From a virus (taxonomy: Duplodnaviria; Caudoviricetes), in IMG/VR virus record IMGVR_UViG_3300029798_000001: a DNA stretch of 64,000 bases. The stretch is one strand, 5' to 3'. A program made the position numbers and the translations under genes. The notes beneath the pieces were generated by a model. It saw only the letters and a program-made list of their open reading frames with translations. It did not search any database and was not told the DNA's origin. Positions 49,959-60,127 of this stretch are shown piece by piece. Each line of letters starts with the position of its first letter. The first letter of the stretch is position 1.

Positions 49959-50274
49959 TATTTTAACCGAGGCGCACGACGAAGACATTCATAGTTGGGT
50001 CGCAATGATCACCGGAGTTGATGTTGGGCAAATGAGCACTGACGTTGACGAAGTATTTAATAAACACAAACTTAATCCTACTACTTCTATTAAACAACTA
50101 GAGGAAATTTTAAAAACAGTTCATGCTACGTTTGATGATGATAGATATTGGCACGAAGCCGCCAAATTTGGTGAAGTGAAACAACAGCAACTAGCAGATG
50201 AATTAATAGCTTTAGAAACCAAAATAGAAGGCTATCTAAAGCAAATATCTACTCCATCCGTCGAACTAAAGTAA
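49945..50274 (+). CDS. Hypothetical protein with CTS-like N-terminus
   Basis: GTG start, MKINDILTE. Confidence 0.6.
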   Translation: MKINDILTEAHDEDIHSWVAMITGVDVGQMSTDVDEVFNKHKLNPTTSIKQLEEILKTVHATFDDDRYWHEAAKFGEVKQQQLADELIALETKIEGYLKQISTPSVELK

Positions 50275-50626
50275 TCGACTTTCGCTTGGATTTCTTGCGG
50301 GCTATTTCGCTTAAACTACACACAGGCCCGTGTAATATTTCCAGATCTTTGTTAACAAAAGTTCTAGTATATGCTTTAAACGGATCCCATTCGGTCTTAA
50401 GGAATATGTTAATAGGGACACTACGGTTGCTTTCCCACCACCAAATGTTGGCTAATTCTAAAAACTTCTTTTTAGTGTCCAAGTCCTGTATACTACCAAA
50501 GTCGTAGATTGTGGTAATTGTTTCGTCTTGATTTTGTATAATTCCCAGATATTCTGAGGCAGCGTAAACACACAGCGTTATAAACGGGTATTTTTCGGCT
50601 AATTGGGTAAAAACATCATTATTCAT
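50249..50626 (-). CDS. Hypothetical protein
   Basis: 125-aa ORF; ATAAATA upstream on the minus strand. Confidence 0.7.
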   Translation of the reverse strand: MNNDVFTQLAEKYPFITLCVYAASEYLGIIQNQDETITTIYDFGSIQDLDTKKKFLELANIWWWESNRSVPINIFLKTEWDPFKAYTRTFVNKDLEILHGPVCSLSEIARKKSKRKSITLVRRME

Positions 50627-50665
50627 ATTATGGGATATTTATGGTTCGGGTTAGGCCTTTAAAAC

Positions 50666-50673
50666 TATAAATA
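50666..50673 (+). promoter_or_regulatory. T4-type late promoter
   Basis: TATAAATA; ATG 5 nt later. Confidence 0.8.
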
Positions 50674-50678
50674 CAAAT

Positions 50679-51830
50679 ATGTATTCTACCCAAGCCTATA
50701 TATACCAACAGATCACATCAGTATTATTGATAGACACTGGCGACGGAGAAACTTTCACTTATAGGTATAATCCTGTGTACGCCAAAAAACTAACTATTAA
50801 CAAGGGAATTGACAATGTTTTATTATTTCAATTCATCAACCAAGAAGAAAAACCTGTAGATATTACAGGTAGTTCATTTATGTTCCGGGTAATTAACACC
50901 GCTGGTACTGAGATACTAATTGATCAACCGATGATAACACTAAATGCTCCGCTAGGCCGTGCAAAAGTAACTTTGCTGGGCTCGGATCTACTGGATGTAC
51001 TGGCGCAACCTGCAAATTACAGCATAACCCGTGCCAGTGGAAACCTTAACGAAGCGGTGTTTACCAATGCACAATCGGGTGCCCGTGCTCCTTTGGATAT
51101 TGTTGACAGCTCATTTCCACGCTATGTTCCGAGCGCACCGTTGACTATTCCTACTACCAAACTATCAGCACAAGGCAGTTACGATGGTGCTAGTTTTGCT
51201 GATTATGCAACCCAAAATAATTATTGGTCTGGCAATCCTAATGGTGCTAACTACTGGAATAGTTTTTTAAACACAGAATTCTTCAGTAGTTTTGTAGTAC
51301 CTAAACAATCAATAACCACAGTTCAAATGGACTTGGTTGGATACACAGGAACAATCAAAGCTCAGGCCGCAGAAAATTATGAAAGTATTCCGTATAATGT
51401 AACTGAGAGTACTACTTACTACAATGAAACCCGCACCATCTATATGAACATTGTTGGGTGGTATCCATTGGTTAGATTATGTTTTAACAACAGTATTTTT
51501 GCCACGCCGAACCAACCTGGCATCCCAGCCCAGGCCTATGCTGTTTGTGTAGAAGGGGTCGTTACTAGTATTGTAGTTATCAATGCCGGATCCGGGTATT
51601 TGGCGCCACCGCAGATTGATATTGTTGGCGATGGATCGGGTGCTACTGCAAGAGCCATCCTTAGTGATACTGGATCAGTTGAAAGTATTGAAGTTACTAA
51701 TGGTGGATCTGGATATTGGGTAGTACCCAATGCCGGGGTTGTTGCTTCGTATTATCCGGTGCCCCCAAACAATCAAGGTGCATTGGTATTAATCGGCACT
51801 GGCTTTGTTCAAAATCTATACTACCGATAA
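50679..51830 (+). CDS. Putative virion structural protein
   Basis: Late promoter; NAGSGY..PP.I.I.GDG.GATA.A and NGGSGY motifs common in baseplate/tail proteins. Confidence 0.6.
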   Translation: MYSTQAYIYQQITSVLLIDTGDGETFTYRYNPVYAKKLTINKGIDNVLLFQFINQEEKPVDITGSSFMFRVINTAGTEILIDQPMITLNAPLGRAKVTLLGSDLLDVLAQPANYSITRASGNLNEAVFTNAQSGARAPLDIVDSSFPRYVPSAPLTIPTTKLSAQGSYDGASFADYATQNNYWSGNPNGANYWNSFLNTEFFSSFVVPKQSITTVQMDLVGYTGTIKAQAAENYESIPYNVTESTTYYNETRTIYMNIVGWYPLVRLCFNNSIFATPNQPGIPAQAYAVCVEGVVTSIVVINAGSGYLAPPQIDIVGDGSGATARAILSDTGSVESIEVTNGGSGYWVVPNAGVVASYYPVPPNNQGALVLIGTGFVQNLYYR

Positions 51831-51832
51831 AC

Positions 51833-51861
51833 TTGCATCTTCCTAAACAATCTGCTATAAT
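51833..51861 (+). promoter_or_regulatory. Sigma70-type promoter
   Basis: TTGCAT-N17-TATAAT; ATG 5 nt later. Confidence 0.75.
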
Positions 51862-51866
51862 GTAGT

Positions 51867-52829
51867 ATGATTGATGTGGTTTCCTTTTTACCAGGCAAGA
51901 GAAAACAGACCAGTTCGGGCTGGGTTTCAGTAAATGCACCGTGTTGTGTACATCGTGGTGAATCCGCTGATCGTCGTATGCGTGGGGGTATAAAATCCTC
52001 CCCCGACGGTAGTTTCAGTTGGCATTGTTTCAATTGTGGTTATACTGCTAGTTTTGTTCTTGGGCGGAACCTAACATTCAAGGCTCGTAAACTATTAGAG
52101 TGGATAAATGTACCACAAGAAGAAATTGAGCGTATAAATCTTGAAAGTTTAAAACACAAATCAATTGAAGGATTAATTCAAGAGCGTCAAGTAGTAGCTG
52201 ATCGAATACAAGGTATAGAATTTGAAGAAAGAGATTTGCCAGCAGATACGCACCCACTTAATGAAGCAGGAACAAACTATCTTCAAAAGCGTTGCATACC
52301 GTTGGACTATCCGTTCTTGTTTAAGACTATGCCACGCAATGGTATTGTAATTCCGTTTACATATGATAATCAAATTGTTGGACATACTACTAGATTCTTA
52401 GATGATCGCACACCTAGATATATTCAAGACATACAACCGGGTTATGTATTTGGCACCGACCTACAAAAATTAAATTGGCAATATGTAGTAGTTATGGAAG
52501 GTGTATTTGATGCACTTAGCATTAACGGGTTGGCAGTGTTACACGCAGAGATCAATGATGCACAAGTTAAATTAATACGCAGTCTAGGAAAAGAAATTAT
52601 TGTAGTCCCAGATCAAGACGAAGCTGGTATGAAACTAGTAGACCGGGCGGTGGAACTAGGGTGGGCGGTAAGTATGCCCGAGTGGCCCGCAGAGGTCAAA
52701 GATGTAAACGATGCGGTAATTCGTTGGGGTAGACTAGCAACTTTGCTAACTATAATGCAGGCTCGAGAAACTAGTAAAATTAAAATAGAACTAAGGAAGA
52801 AACAACTTGTTAAAAGATTACGGACTTGA
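51867..52829 (+). CDS. DNA primase (Zn finger + TOPRIM)
   Basis: NAPCC..WHCFNCG, VMEGVFDALS, VPDQDEAG, KDVND. Confidence 0.85.
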   Translation: MIDVVSFLPGKRKQTSSGWVSVNAPCCVHRGESADRRMRGGIKSSPDGSFSWHCFNCGYTASFVLGRNLTFKARKLLEWINVPQEEIERINLESLKHKSIEGLIQERQVVADRIQGIEFEERDLPADTHPLNEAGTNYLQKRCIPLDYPFLFKTMPRNGIVIPFTYDNQIVGHTTRFLDDRTPRYIQDIQPGYVFGTDLQKLNWQYVVVMEGVFDALSINGLAVLHAEINDAQVKLIRSLGKEIIVVPDQDEAGMKLVDRAVELGWAVSMPEWPAEVKDVNDAVIRWGRLATLLTIMQARETSKIKIELRKKQLVKRLRT

Positions 52830-54213
52830 TGTCCAACGCTTATTCTTAGAAATGATGTTGCAGGACGCAGAAAGTTATGTTCGCGTTCAAAACATTTACA
52901 ATCCAGAAAACTTTGACCGCAGTCTTAGACCCGCTGCTGAGTTTATTGCCAAGCATAGCGATGAACATAAAACATTACCCGCACCAGAACAGATTACAGC
53001 CGCAACTGGCATTAAACTTAATCATATTCCAGATTTAAATGAAGGACACTTTGAGTGGTTCATGGACGAGTTTGAGGCATTTACAAAAAAACAAGAACTA
53101 GAGCGAGCAATTTTGAAAAGTGCAGATCTACTCGAGACTGGTAACGAATTTGGGCAGATTGAAAAACTAATCAAAGATGCTGTTCAAATTAGTTTGACCA
53201 AGGACATGGGCACAGACTATTTTGCCGATCCGCGGTTTCGTATTGACAAATATTTTAATTCAGGTGGCCAGGTAAGCACAGGATGGCCACAAATGGATAA
53301 GATCTTGTATGGCGGATTTAGTCGAGGTGAGCTTAACATTTTTGCTGGCGGATCTGGGTCGGGTAAGAGTCTTGTTATGATGAACATTGCATTGGGTTGG
53401 TTGCAAGCCGGGCTAAGTGGTGTGTATATCAGTTTAGAACTTAGTGAAGAACTATGTGCGTTAAGAACCGATGCAATGTTATCTGGTATGAGCACAAAAG
53501 AAATTCGTCGAGATATTGATCAAACTGAACTTAAAGTTAAGTTGGTATCTAAGAAAGCTGGACAATATCGTATTAAGGCATTACCGGCACAGAGTAACAT
53601 TAACGATATCCGCAGTTACATCAAAGAAGTACAAGTGCAGACAGGATTGAAAGTGGATTTTGTCATGTGTGATTACTTGGATTTGTTAATGCCAGTTAGT
53701 GCTAAAGTCAGCCCAAATGATTTATTTGTTAAAGACAAGTATGTGTCGGAAGAACTGCGTAACTTGGCCAAAGAACTTAATGTATTGTTTGTGACAGCAA
53801 GTCAGTTAAATCGTAGTGCGGTAGAAGAAATTGAGTTTGATCATAGCCATATTAGTGGTGGTATCAGTAAGATTAATACAGCGGATAATGTGTTTGGCAT
53901 CTTTACAAGTCGTGCTATGCGTGAGCGTGGAAAATATCAAATTCAATGTATGAAAAGTCGAAGTAGTACAGGTGTTGGTATGAAGATCGATTTGGACTAT
54001 AATGTTGAAACTATGCGTATTACAGATCCAGGAGAAGACGAGCAATCTAATTTTAAACGCCCAGGCGGAAATTTGTTAGATTCAATTAAGGCAAAAAGCA
54101 CAATGATTAATGGAACCGAACCGGCCGCAGAACACGAAGAATCAGGAAAAATTACTGCCGATGTGCAAAGCGCCAAACTAAAACAGCTATTAGGGCAAAT
54201 TAAAGCCAACTAA
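52807..54213 (+). CDS. Replicative helicase, DnaB / gp41-like
   Basis: GGSGSGKS, SLELSE, DYLDL, TASQLNR, KINTAD, MKSR. Confidence 0.92.
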   Translation: MLKDYGLDVQRLFLEMMLQDAESYVRVQNIYNPENFDRSLRPAAEFIAKHSDEHKTLPAPEQITAATGIKLNHIPDLNEGHFEWFMDEFEAFTKKQELERAILKSADLLETGNEFGQIEKLIKDAVQISLTKDMGTDYFADPRFRIDKYFNSGGQVSTGWPQMDKILYGGFSRGELNIFAGGSGSGKSLVMMNIALGWLQAGLSGVYISLELSEELCALRTDAMLSGMSTKEIRRDIDQTELKVKLVSKKAGQYRIKALPAQSNINDIRSYIKEVQVQTGLKVDFVMCDYLDLLMPVSAKVSPNDLFVKDKYVSEELRNLAKELNVLFVTASQLNRSAVEEIEFDHSHISGGISKINTADNVFGIFTSRAMRERGKYQIQCMKSRSSTGVGMKIDLDYNVETMRITDPGEDEQSNFKRPGGNLLDSIKAKSTMINGTEPAAEHEESGKITADVQSAKLKQLLGQIKAN

Positions 54214-54267
54214 TATTATAACATTTTAGTGCCTAATCGCACTAAATAATAAAAAGGTTCTGGCCCA

Positions 54268-54516
54268 ATGCAAAAGAAAACTCGTAGTTTATTAGAAGAA
54301 TTAGACTCAATGTATATTGAGCGCGATCAGCGCCATATTATTGAAAACCGCGCCGCCAATATTATAGCCAGTGCTATACGCTTGCTAGAGCAGATCGACG
54401 AAAATTACAGCACCGACGATGCCCAGAATTTACAGCGTAAATTACTAAACGCCATTAATCATCGCGATCCCGGTAAGTTTACACGCACGGTAAGGAAAAC
54501 TGATGCAAATTCATGA
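54268..54516 (+). CDS. Hypothetical protein
   Basis: CTAAATA at 54242-54248. Confidence 0.7.
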   Translation: MQKKTRSLLEELDSMYIERDQRHIIENRAANIIASAIRLLEQIDENYSTDDAQNLQRKLLNAINHRDPGKFTRTVRKTDANS

Positions 54517-55321
54517 AATAACTCTCAGAGAAGCAGAGTGGGAGCCGCTTGATCCTAAAAAGATTATGGCCACAGCTAGACCAACAAAATTTAACTATGG
54601 GACACCACCTATAGCACCGAGAGTTGGTACCGAACTACCAACTGATCCCGCTACATCTAAAGAAAAACAAGATGACCTAGCAACCAAACAAGCTCAATAC
54701 CAGCAACAATCGGCAGATGCGGTAAACGCTATGAAAACAAAATCAACACCACAAGTAGGCCAATCTCTCCCACAAGTAAAACAACCCACCCCGTCTAACG
54801 GAGCAGGCGCATTTGGGCAAATGGCTCAGCAGTTGCAGAAACCTGCTACTCCTTCGGGACCAACACAGTCTAGCACTCAAGGAACAATTACCCCAACTGC
54901 AACAGGAGTAGTACATACTGCTAGTGAACGAAATCCTAATCCACGCACAGAACCCATAGGTGCTCAGCAAAAGTGGGACATTGAATTTAGAAAATTACAA
55001 AACCAATATCCAGGCCGTACCCCTCAACAATATCAACAAGCAATGTTACAAAGAGTAGGAACAGCTCGTCCTAATGGCACACCTGCATCACAAGCTGCAC
55101 CCGCACCGCAGGTCGTTGCAACAGCACAGCCCGGGACTACTATAAAATCTGCTCCTCGTCCAGTGCAACCAGCACCTGCCGCAACAACACAATTCCCACC
55201 GATTACACTGGGTACTGGGTCCAAAGCACAAGTATATGTTAATAAAGGTAGAGGCTATATTGATAGCAAAACAGGCAAACCGATGCCCCCGAGTATTATT
55301 CAGGCCATGGGTATAAAATGA
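54503..55321 (+). CDS. P/Q/T-rich hypothetical protein with CTS-like N-terminus
   Basis: MQIHEITLRE; low-complexity body. Confidence 0.7.
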   Translation: MQIHEITLREAEWEPLDPKKIMATARPTKFNYGTPPIAPRVGTELPTDPATSKEKQDDLATKQAQYQQQSADAVNAMKTKSTPQVGQSLPQVKQPTPSNGAGAFGQMAQQLQKPATPSGPTQSSTQGTITPTATGVVHTASERNPNPRTEPIGAQQKWDIEFRKLQNQYPGRTPQQYQQAMLQRVGTARPNGTPASQAAPAPQVVATAQPGTTIKSAPRPVQPAPAATTQFPPITLGTGSKAQVYVNKGRGYIDSKTGKPMPPSIIQAMGIK

Positions 55322-57243
55322 AAATCTTTGAAGGCGGTAATGTATTTAAGAACAGCGACGGCCAAGCCTTAACACAGCGCATTAATCAAATTGATGTCAA
55401 ACCCACTCTCGCCTGGCTTGAAGAAATGCTTCCTGGGTTAGATTTACAGAACAACACACTTGGATCAACTGGAATTAAAGATACCAGCGGTGATTTAGAT
55501 ATTGCGGTAGATGCTAATCGAGTTAGTAAAGAACAATTAGAATATAGACTTAAATCCTGGGCAGTTGCTAACAAATTTAAACCCGAAGACTATGTTCGTA
55601 AGTCCGGCAGTGCCGTACATTTTAAAACTCCTATAGACGGCCGCCCAGATCGTGGCTATGTGCAAACAGATTTTATGTTTATGAAAGATGTTCCGTGGTC
55701 AAAGTTTGTACTAGGTGCAATGCCAGTGGACAGCAAATATAAAGGTCGCGAGCGCAATGTATTAATGAATAGTATCGCTAAAAGTTTAGGATACAAACTA
55801 AATCAAAATGCTGGTATTGCCGATCGTGCCAAAGACACATTAATTTCCAATGATCCAGATGCAGTGGCTAAACTGTTATTGAACAAAACGGCCACAAGAC
55901 AAGACTTAGCAAGTGTAGAATCGATATTACAGGCACTTAGCACCGATCCTAAGCGCGATGCAAAATTAGCCGACTTTAAACAACACATGGAACGCGAAGG
56001 CCTACCGTTTATGGAAAGCACAGATTCCGATACTTATATAGAATATAGTGATGTAAACTTCCTTGCCCGTCTCCGCGATCGCATTGTCAATCAAGGCATG
56101 CAGGTTATTGTAGAAGCCGAAGTACAAGGCGGACGAGCCAAAGGCATTGAACACTTAGAAGATTATGTATTCCGTAATGGTAGTGCCGGTATCAAGAAGG
56201 CATTAGATATTGTAAAACATACTTCCGCTGATACAGGAAAAACCACTACAGTTAAATGGGATGGTAAGCCAGCATTAGTCTTTGGCCGAGATGCCAATGG
56301 TACATTTATATTAACTGATGTATCTGGGTTTACTGCCAAAGGTTACAATGGATTGTTTACCAGCCCTAACCAAGTTACACGACATTTAGCCGCAAGAGAT
56401 GCCGATGCAGCGGCACAAGGTAAGGCTGCCACCCGGGTTCAAGATCTTTCTCCTATATATAATAAGTTATGGGATATGTTAGATGCTGCTGTTCCTCCTA
56501 ACTACCGTGGGTTTGTTCAAGGCGATCTATTATACATGAATACACCGCCGCTGGAATCTGGAAATTATGTGTTTACACCCAATGCTATAGAATATAAAAT
56601 CCCAGCTAATAGCGATATAGGACAGCGTATAGGTGCTAGTGAGGTTGGCATTGCTATGCACACAAAATATGCAGAACCAGGAGCACCAAAAGAACCACTT
56701 GGCAATGTTCAGTTTAAACGGGTACCTGGATTACTATTATTAGAACCTGTGTATGCTAAAGAAAATGTTAAACCAGAAACACAGCTGGTTAAGCAACTAC
56801 AAGGTCTTTATAGATCTCAAGGTGCAGCTATTGATCAACTATTCAATCCCAACGATCTTCGTGCATTACAAATTACTGATTTACCTAAATTATGTGTGGA
56901 TTATATTAATAGTCGAGTAGGCACCGGATTTGATAATTTGTTAGCACAATTTGGGCCGTGGTTACAACAACGAGTTACTCCTAAGAAATTTAAAAATATT
57001 GTAGAATATCTACAAAGTCCCCGTAGTAATTTAGCAGGAATGGCCGCAGCATTTACTGCTTGGGAGCTGTTACATGATATTAAAATGGATATTTTAGGAC
57101 AATTAGACCTACAACATCCAGGGCAAGAAGGCTGGGTAATGGCCACTCCTGGCGGTATGGCCAAGGCTGTTAACCGGTTAGCTGGCGGATTTACTGCAGC
57201 AAATCGTCAAATAAACAACCCAGAACCGGTAGCTAACTCCTAA
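55318..57243 (+). CDS. Fusion: Pol-beta-type nucleotidyltransferase + ATP-dependent ligase-like (KxDG) domain
   Basis: LGSTG..SGDLDIAVD; TVKWDG, VQGDLLY, QEGWV, MAKAV. Confidence 0.65.
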   Translation: MKIFEGGNVFKNSDGQALTQRINQIDVKPTLAWLEEMLPGLDLQNNTLGSTGIKDTSGDLDIAVDANRVSKEQLEYRLKSWAVANKFKPEDYVRKSGSAVHFKTPIDGRPDRGYVQTDFMFMKDVPWSKFVLGAMPVDSKYKGRERNVLMNSIAKSLGYKLNQNAGIADRAKDTLISNDPDAVAKLLLNKTATRQDLASVESILQALSTDPKRDAKLADFKQHMEREGLPFMESTDSDTYIEYSDVNFLARLRDRIVNQGMQVIVEAEVQGGRAKGIEHLEDYVFRNGSAGIKKALDIVKHTSADTGKTTTVKWDGKPALVFGRDANGTFILTDVSGFTAKGYNGLFTSPNQVTRHLAARDADAAAQGKAATRVQDLSPIYNKLWDMLDAAVPPNYRGFVQGDLLYMNTPPLESGNYVFTPNAIEYKIPANSDIGQRIGASEVGIAMHTKYAEPGAPKEPLGNVQFKRVPGLLLLEPVYAKENVKPETQLVKQLQGLYRSQGAAIDQLFNPNDLRALQITDLPKLCVDYINSRVGTGFDNLLAQFGPWLQQRVTPKKFKNIVEYLQSPRSNLAGMAAAFTAWELLHDIKMDILGQLDLQHPGQEGWVMATPGGMAKAVNRLAGGFTAANRQINNPEPVANS

Positions 57244-57257
57244 TTTTTACCAAACGG

Positions 57258-57265
57258 TATAAATA
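57258..57265 (+). promoter_or_regulatory. T4-type late promoter
   Basis: TATAAATA, then AAGGAG before the next gene. Confidence 0.8.
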
Positions 57266-57305
57266 AAAGCAGGACCTCTGTGTCCATATATTAAGGAGAT
57301 TTAAA

Positions 57306-57725
57306 ATGGCTTATATTACCGTAGTTTCTGGTGGCGCACAACCAGTATTCGCAACTGATGTATTAAATGGTTCAGTTGCTCAGTCCGCAAACATCGCAGC
57401 TCAAGGTCCTGTAAATTTTCAAGGTCCAAAACTTGACTTTTTCTCAATCGTATCTAACAACTCTATGGTTACTTCTGGTGCTGCAAATGCTGCTGGTTTT
57501 ATTAGTAATACTTTAACAGGTATTCAACAAACCACAACAGTTGCAATGTATCAAGTTGATCCATTGACACCAACAATTTTGCAATTGGCATTGTACCCAA
57601 CAGGTGCTGCTAATACAGCAACATTATTGGCTTCAGCTCAAGGTGCTAACGCATCTGGCGGCTTGAACTATGGTTGGACAGCTGCTTATGGCAACGCAAC
57701 TTTTGTTTCGTCACCATTGGTTTAA
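57306..57725 (+). CDS. Small putative virion structural protein
   Basis: Own late promoter, strong RBS and terminator; A/G/T-rich sequence. Confidence 0.65.
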   Translation: MAYITVVSGGAQPVFATDVLNGSVAQSANIAAQGPVNFQGPKLDFFSIVSNNSMVTSGAANAAGFISNTLTGIQQTTTVAMYQVDPLTPTILQLALYPTGAANTATLLASAQGANASGGLNYGWTAAYGNATFVSSPLV

Positions 57726-57748
57726 TTAATTTAATTAATTAGTAATGC

Positions 57749-57781
57749 AAAAACCCTAGAATTAAAACTCTAGGGTTTTTT
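57749..57781. terminator. Bidirectional-type rho-independent terminator
   Basis: AAAAACCCTAGA / TCTAGGGTTTTT. Confidence 0.85.
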
Positions 57782-57799
57782 GTTGGCTAAGTATTTTAT

Positions 57800-58048
57800 A
57801 TGATGGTTAGCAAAATTACAGAATTAACAGTGTTTGAAAGTCCCGACGGTGGTCGTACAGTGTATGCTCGCCGCCCCGGAAGCACAGTAAGAGAATTACA
57901 TAGACAGGATCCAGAACTTCAACGAGAACTCGAAGAGCTTGAACAACAAAAACGCTGGGTTGATATATTTTCTGCTCGCAGAGACAATCCAGAATTAAAT
58001 AATCTATGTGAAAAAATAGAAATATTTTACGAGCTGAGTAAAAAATGA
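57800..58048 (+). CDS. Hypothetical protein
   Basis: FESPDGGRTVYAR; CTAAGTA 6 nt upstream. Confidence 0.7.
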   Translation: MMVSKITELTVFESPDGGRTVYARRPGSTVRELHRQDPELQRELEELEQQKRWVDIFSARRDNPELNNLCEKIEIFYELSKK

Positions 58049-58467
58049 GATTTGTCTGCCAAACTCAATTTGATATTACTGCAACTAGGGTAACTGGACA
58101 TTTTAAATCAACAAAAATTCCATTTTATGATCGCGCAGGGCAAGAAATTACCGATATACAATCTTGGAATCGCGCCAGGAATCAACAAAGAAATTGGGAA
58201 ACACTGACACAATTAATATCTATGCGAGCTCAGATTTTTGATTTGTTAGAACCAACGGAGTACCACGGATCTTGGAGTTTTGAATTTGAAGTCGAAACAC
58301 CCGATGTGTTTGGTACTAAAGAAGATCCGGTAGCAGTTTTAAGAGAAGATGCCGACGGCATTCCTATGATTACTAATTTAAATAATACACTAGAATTAGG
58401 ATCAGTTTTAATTAGTCATGGTACTAATAAGAACATCTGGTTTATGCCTATCTCCATAAATAGTTAA
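58045..58467 (+). CDS. Hypothetical protein
   Basis: 140-aa ORF, ATGA overlap. Confidence 0.7.
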   Translation: MRFVCQTQFDITATRVTGHFKSTKIPFYDRAGQEITDIQSWNRARNQQRNWETLTQLISMRAQIFDLLEPTEYHGSWSFEFEVETPDVFGTKEDPVAVLREDADGIPMITNLNNTLELGSVLISHGTNKNIWFMPISINS

Positions 58468-58504
58468 TAGGAATTAGTAATTCCACTAAACTAGAGAAAA
58501 TAAC

Positions 58505-58768
58505 ATGGTCGAACCAACGGAAATAGAAAAGCATAGCCTCGAAGCGCATGTAGAATTATGTGCCGAGAGATACAATGGTCTTATTGCACAATTAACCAAT
58601 TTAGATACCAAGATTAATAGTGTGTCTGCTATGGTTAAAGAAGTTAAAGATTGTGTAAGTAAATTAACCGAAAAAAATACTGATAGGTTAATTAATTGGG
58701 GAGTGGGAATCATTGGATTCTTAGGAGCATCAGTACTTTATCTAACAGCACACTACGTCTTTAAATGA
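58505..58768 (+). CDS. Coiled-coil protein with C-terminal transmembrane helix
   Basis: LEAHVELCAERY..; hydrophobic WGVGIIGFLGASVLYLTA. Confidence 0.6.
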   Translation: MVEPTEIEKHSLEAHVELCAERYNGLIAQLTNLDTKINSVSAMVKEVKDCVSKLTEKNTDRLINWGVGIIGFLGASVLYLTAHYVFK

Positions 58769-59271
58769 AATCAGACCAAGAATTCGACCGTATGTTTCGC
58801 CAGGAATTTAAGGATATAACTCCTAATTTACTCTGGCAAAATGATGCAGGCGAATACGAAGTATTTGGAAAATATCGCATTATTCCTCAACGCCCCGGAT
58901 ATCAAGTATTTTGTTCAGCTACAGAAGTTGGGAATTTTCATAGTACCAAATCAGCACTAAGTTGGTGTATAGCTGATAAGTTTAACGCATATAATACAGC
59001 TCGTGATATACTAGTATTAGACAATAAATTAGGTGCAATTACCTCCGATATTGTTGTTAGAACAGCGATCGCCGAGCGTAGTACAAAATGGGAATTTAGA
59101 GACAGTATCGGAACCAAGTTAGAAACTAAAATTATCCGTAAAAAACAAGTGGAAAACGAATTGACCAAATGTGTAAACTGGGCTAAATATATTCAATACA
59201 AAGGATTCAATAATGAAACTGCTAGAACTAGCCGCAATACACCCAACAAAGCAGGCCGCCAAGGTCTTTGA
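58765..59271 (+). CDS. Hypothetical protein
   Basis: 168-aa ORF in the operon. Confidence 0.7.
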   Translation: MKSDQEFDRMFRQEFKDITPNLLWQNDAGEYEVFGKYRIIPQRPGYQVFCSATEVGNFHSTKSALSWCIADKFNAYNTARDILVLDNKLGAITSDIVVRTAIAERSTKWEFRDSIGTKLETKIIRKKQVENELTKCVNWAKYIQYKGFNNETARTSRNTPNKAGRQGL

Positions 59272-60127
59272 AAGTTATTTTGGTGGTCGTGTCAAACTTG
59301 ACACTATTACTTCTAAACAAGCTCGCGGCCTATTAAATCGTGTACGCACATTAGTCAAAGAACATCGTCGCACTCCAGAATTTCACCACAGCGAACAAAA
59401 CGCCTCGTATCTTAAATTGATCATGATGGAACAAGTTTTAGCCGCCAAGATCAGAGAAGATGCAACTGTAGCAATTGGGCAACCTGCCGGCGCCACAGCT
59501 AACCAGACAACTTCTACTACACCAGTAGATCCAGTAAAGCAAAAACAAGAAATGCAACAAAAAATTAATTCTACTCAAGATCCGGCACTCAAAGCAGCAT
59601 TAACTAAGAGTGCAGCCGGGCAGTCGCTTAGTCCCGCAGAACAACTATTGGTAACCGGCGCTGCTGTAGCTACCCAAAATGAAAGTCGTAGAAGCCGCCA
59701 ACGCAGATTGCGTGAAGCAAGCGAAGTTCAACAAGCTCAAGTAGTATTAGCCAGTCAAGACATGGTTGATCAAGTTCAAAAAATGAGCGAGCAAGTTAGT
59801 GCTATGCAGTTTAAAGATTTGCCAGCCTTGGTAGATCAAATTAAAAACGAAGTCGGCGGTGAACAAGCTACTCAGTTCAATGGCGATGCAAGTGCTGCAT
59901 TAAGTGGTCTCCTACAAAACTTACAAGGCGCTAAACAGCAATTAGAAGCCGCACTTGGTGTAGTTACTGGACAAGCACCACAAGTTCCAGGCGAAGACAT
60001 GGGCGGAGAATTACCACCAGCCGAAGAAATGCCAGCTGAATTACCAGCACCAGAAGGTGATATCGATGCTGAAATGGATGCTAACCTTGGCGTACCGAAA
60101 GCCTCGTTAGGTCGTGGCCGCAGATAA
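59213..60127 (+). CDS. Hypothetical head-associated protein
   Basis: MKLLEL start; LRE|AS-type sites; acidic tail. Confidence 0.7.
   Translation: MKLLELAAIHPTKQAAKVFESYFGGRVKLDTITSKQARGLLNRVRTLVKEHRRTPEFHHSEQNASYLKLIMMEQVLAAKIREDATVAIGQPAGATANQTTSTTPVDPVKQKQEMQQKINSTQDPALKAALTKSAAGQSLSPAEQLLVTGAAVATQNESRRSRQRRLREASEVQQAQVVLASQDMVDQVQKMSEQVSAMQFKDLPALVDQIKNEVGGEQATQFNGDASAALSGLLQNLQGAKQQLEAALGVVTGQAPQVPGEDMGGELPPAEEMPAELPAPEGDIDAEMDANLGVPKASLGRGRR

Noticed and set aside
57722-57745. TTAATTAA palindromic run after the small structural gene
   Set aside because: Low-complexity AT sequence next to a terminator; no evidence of a distinct function
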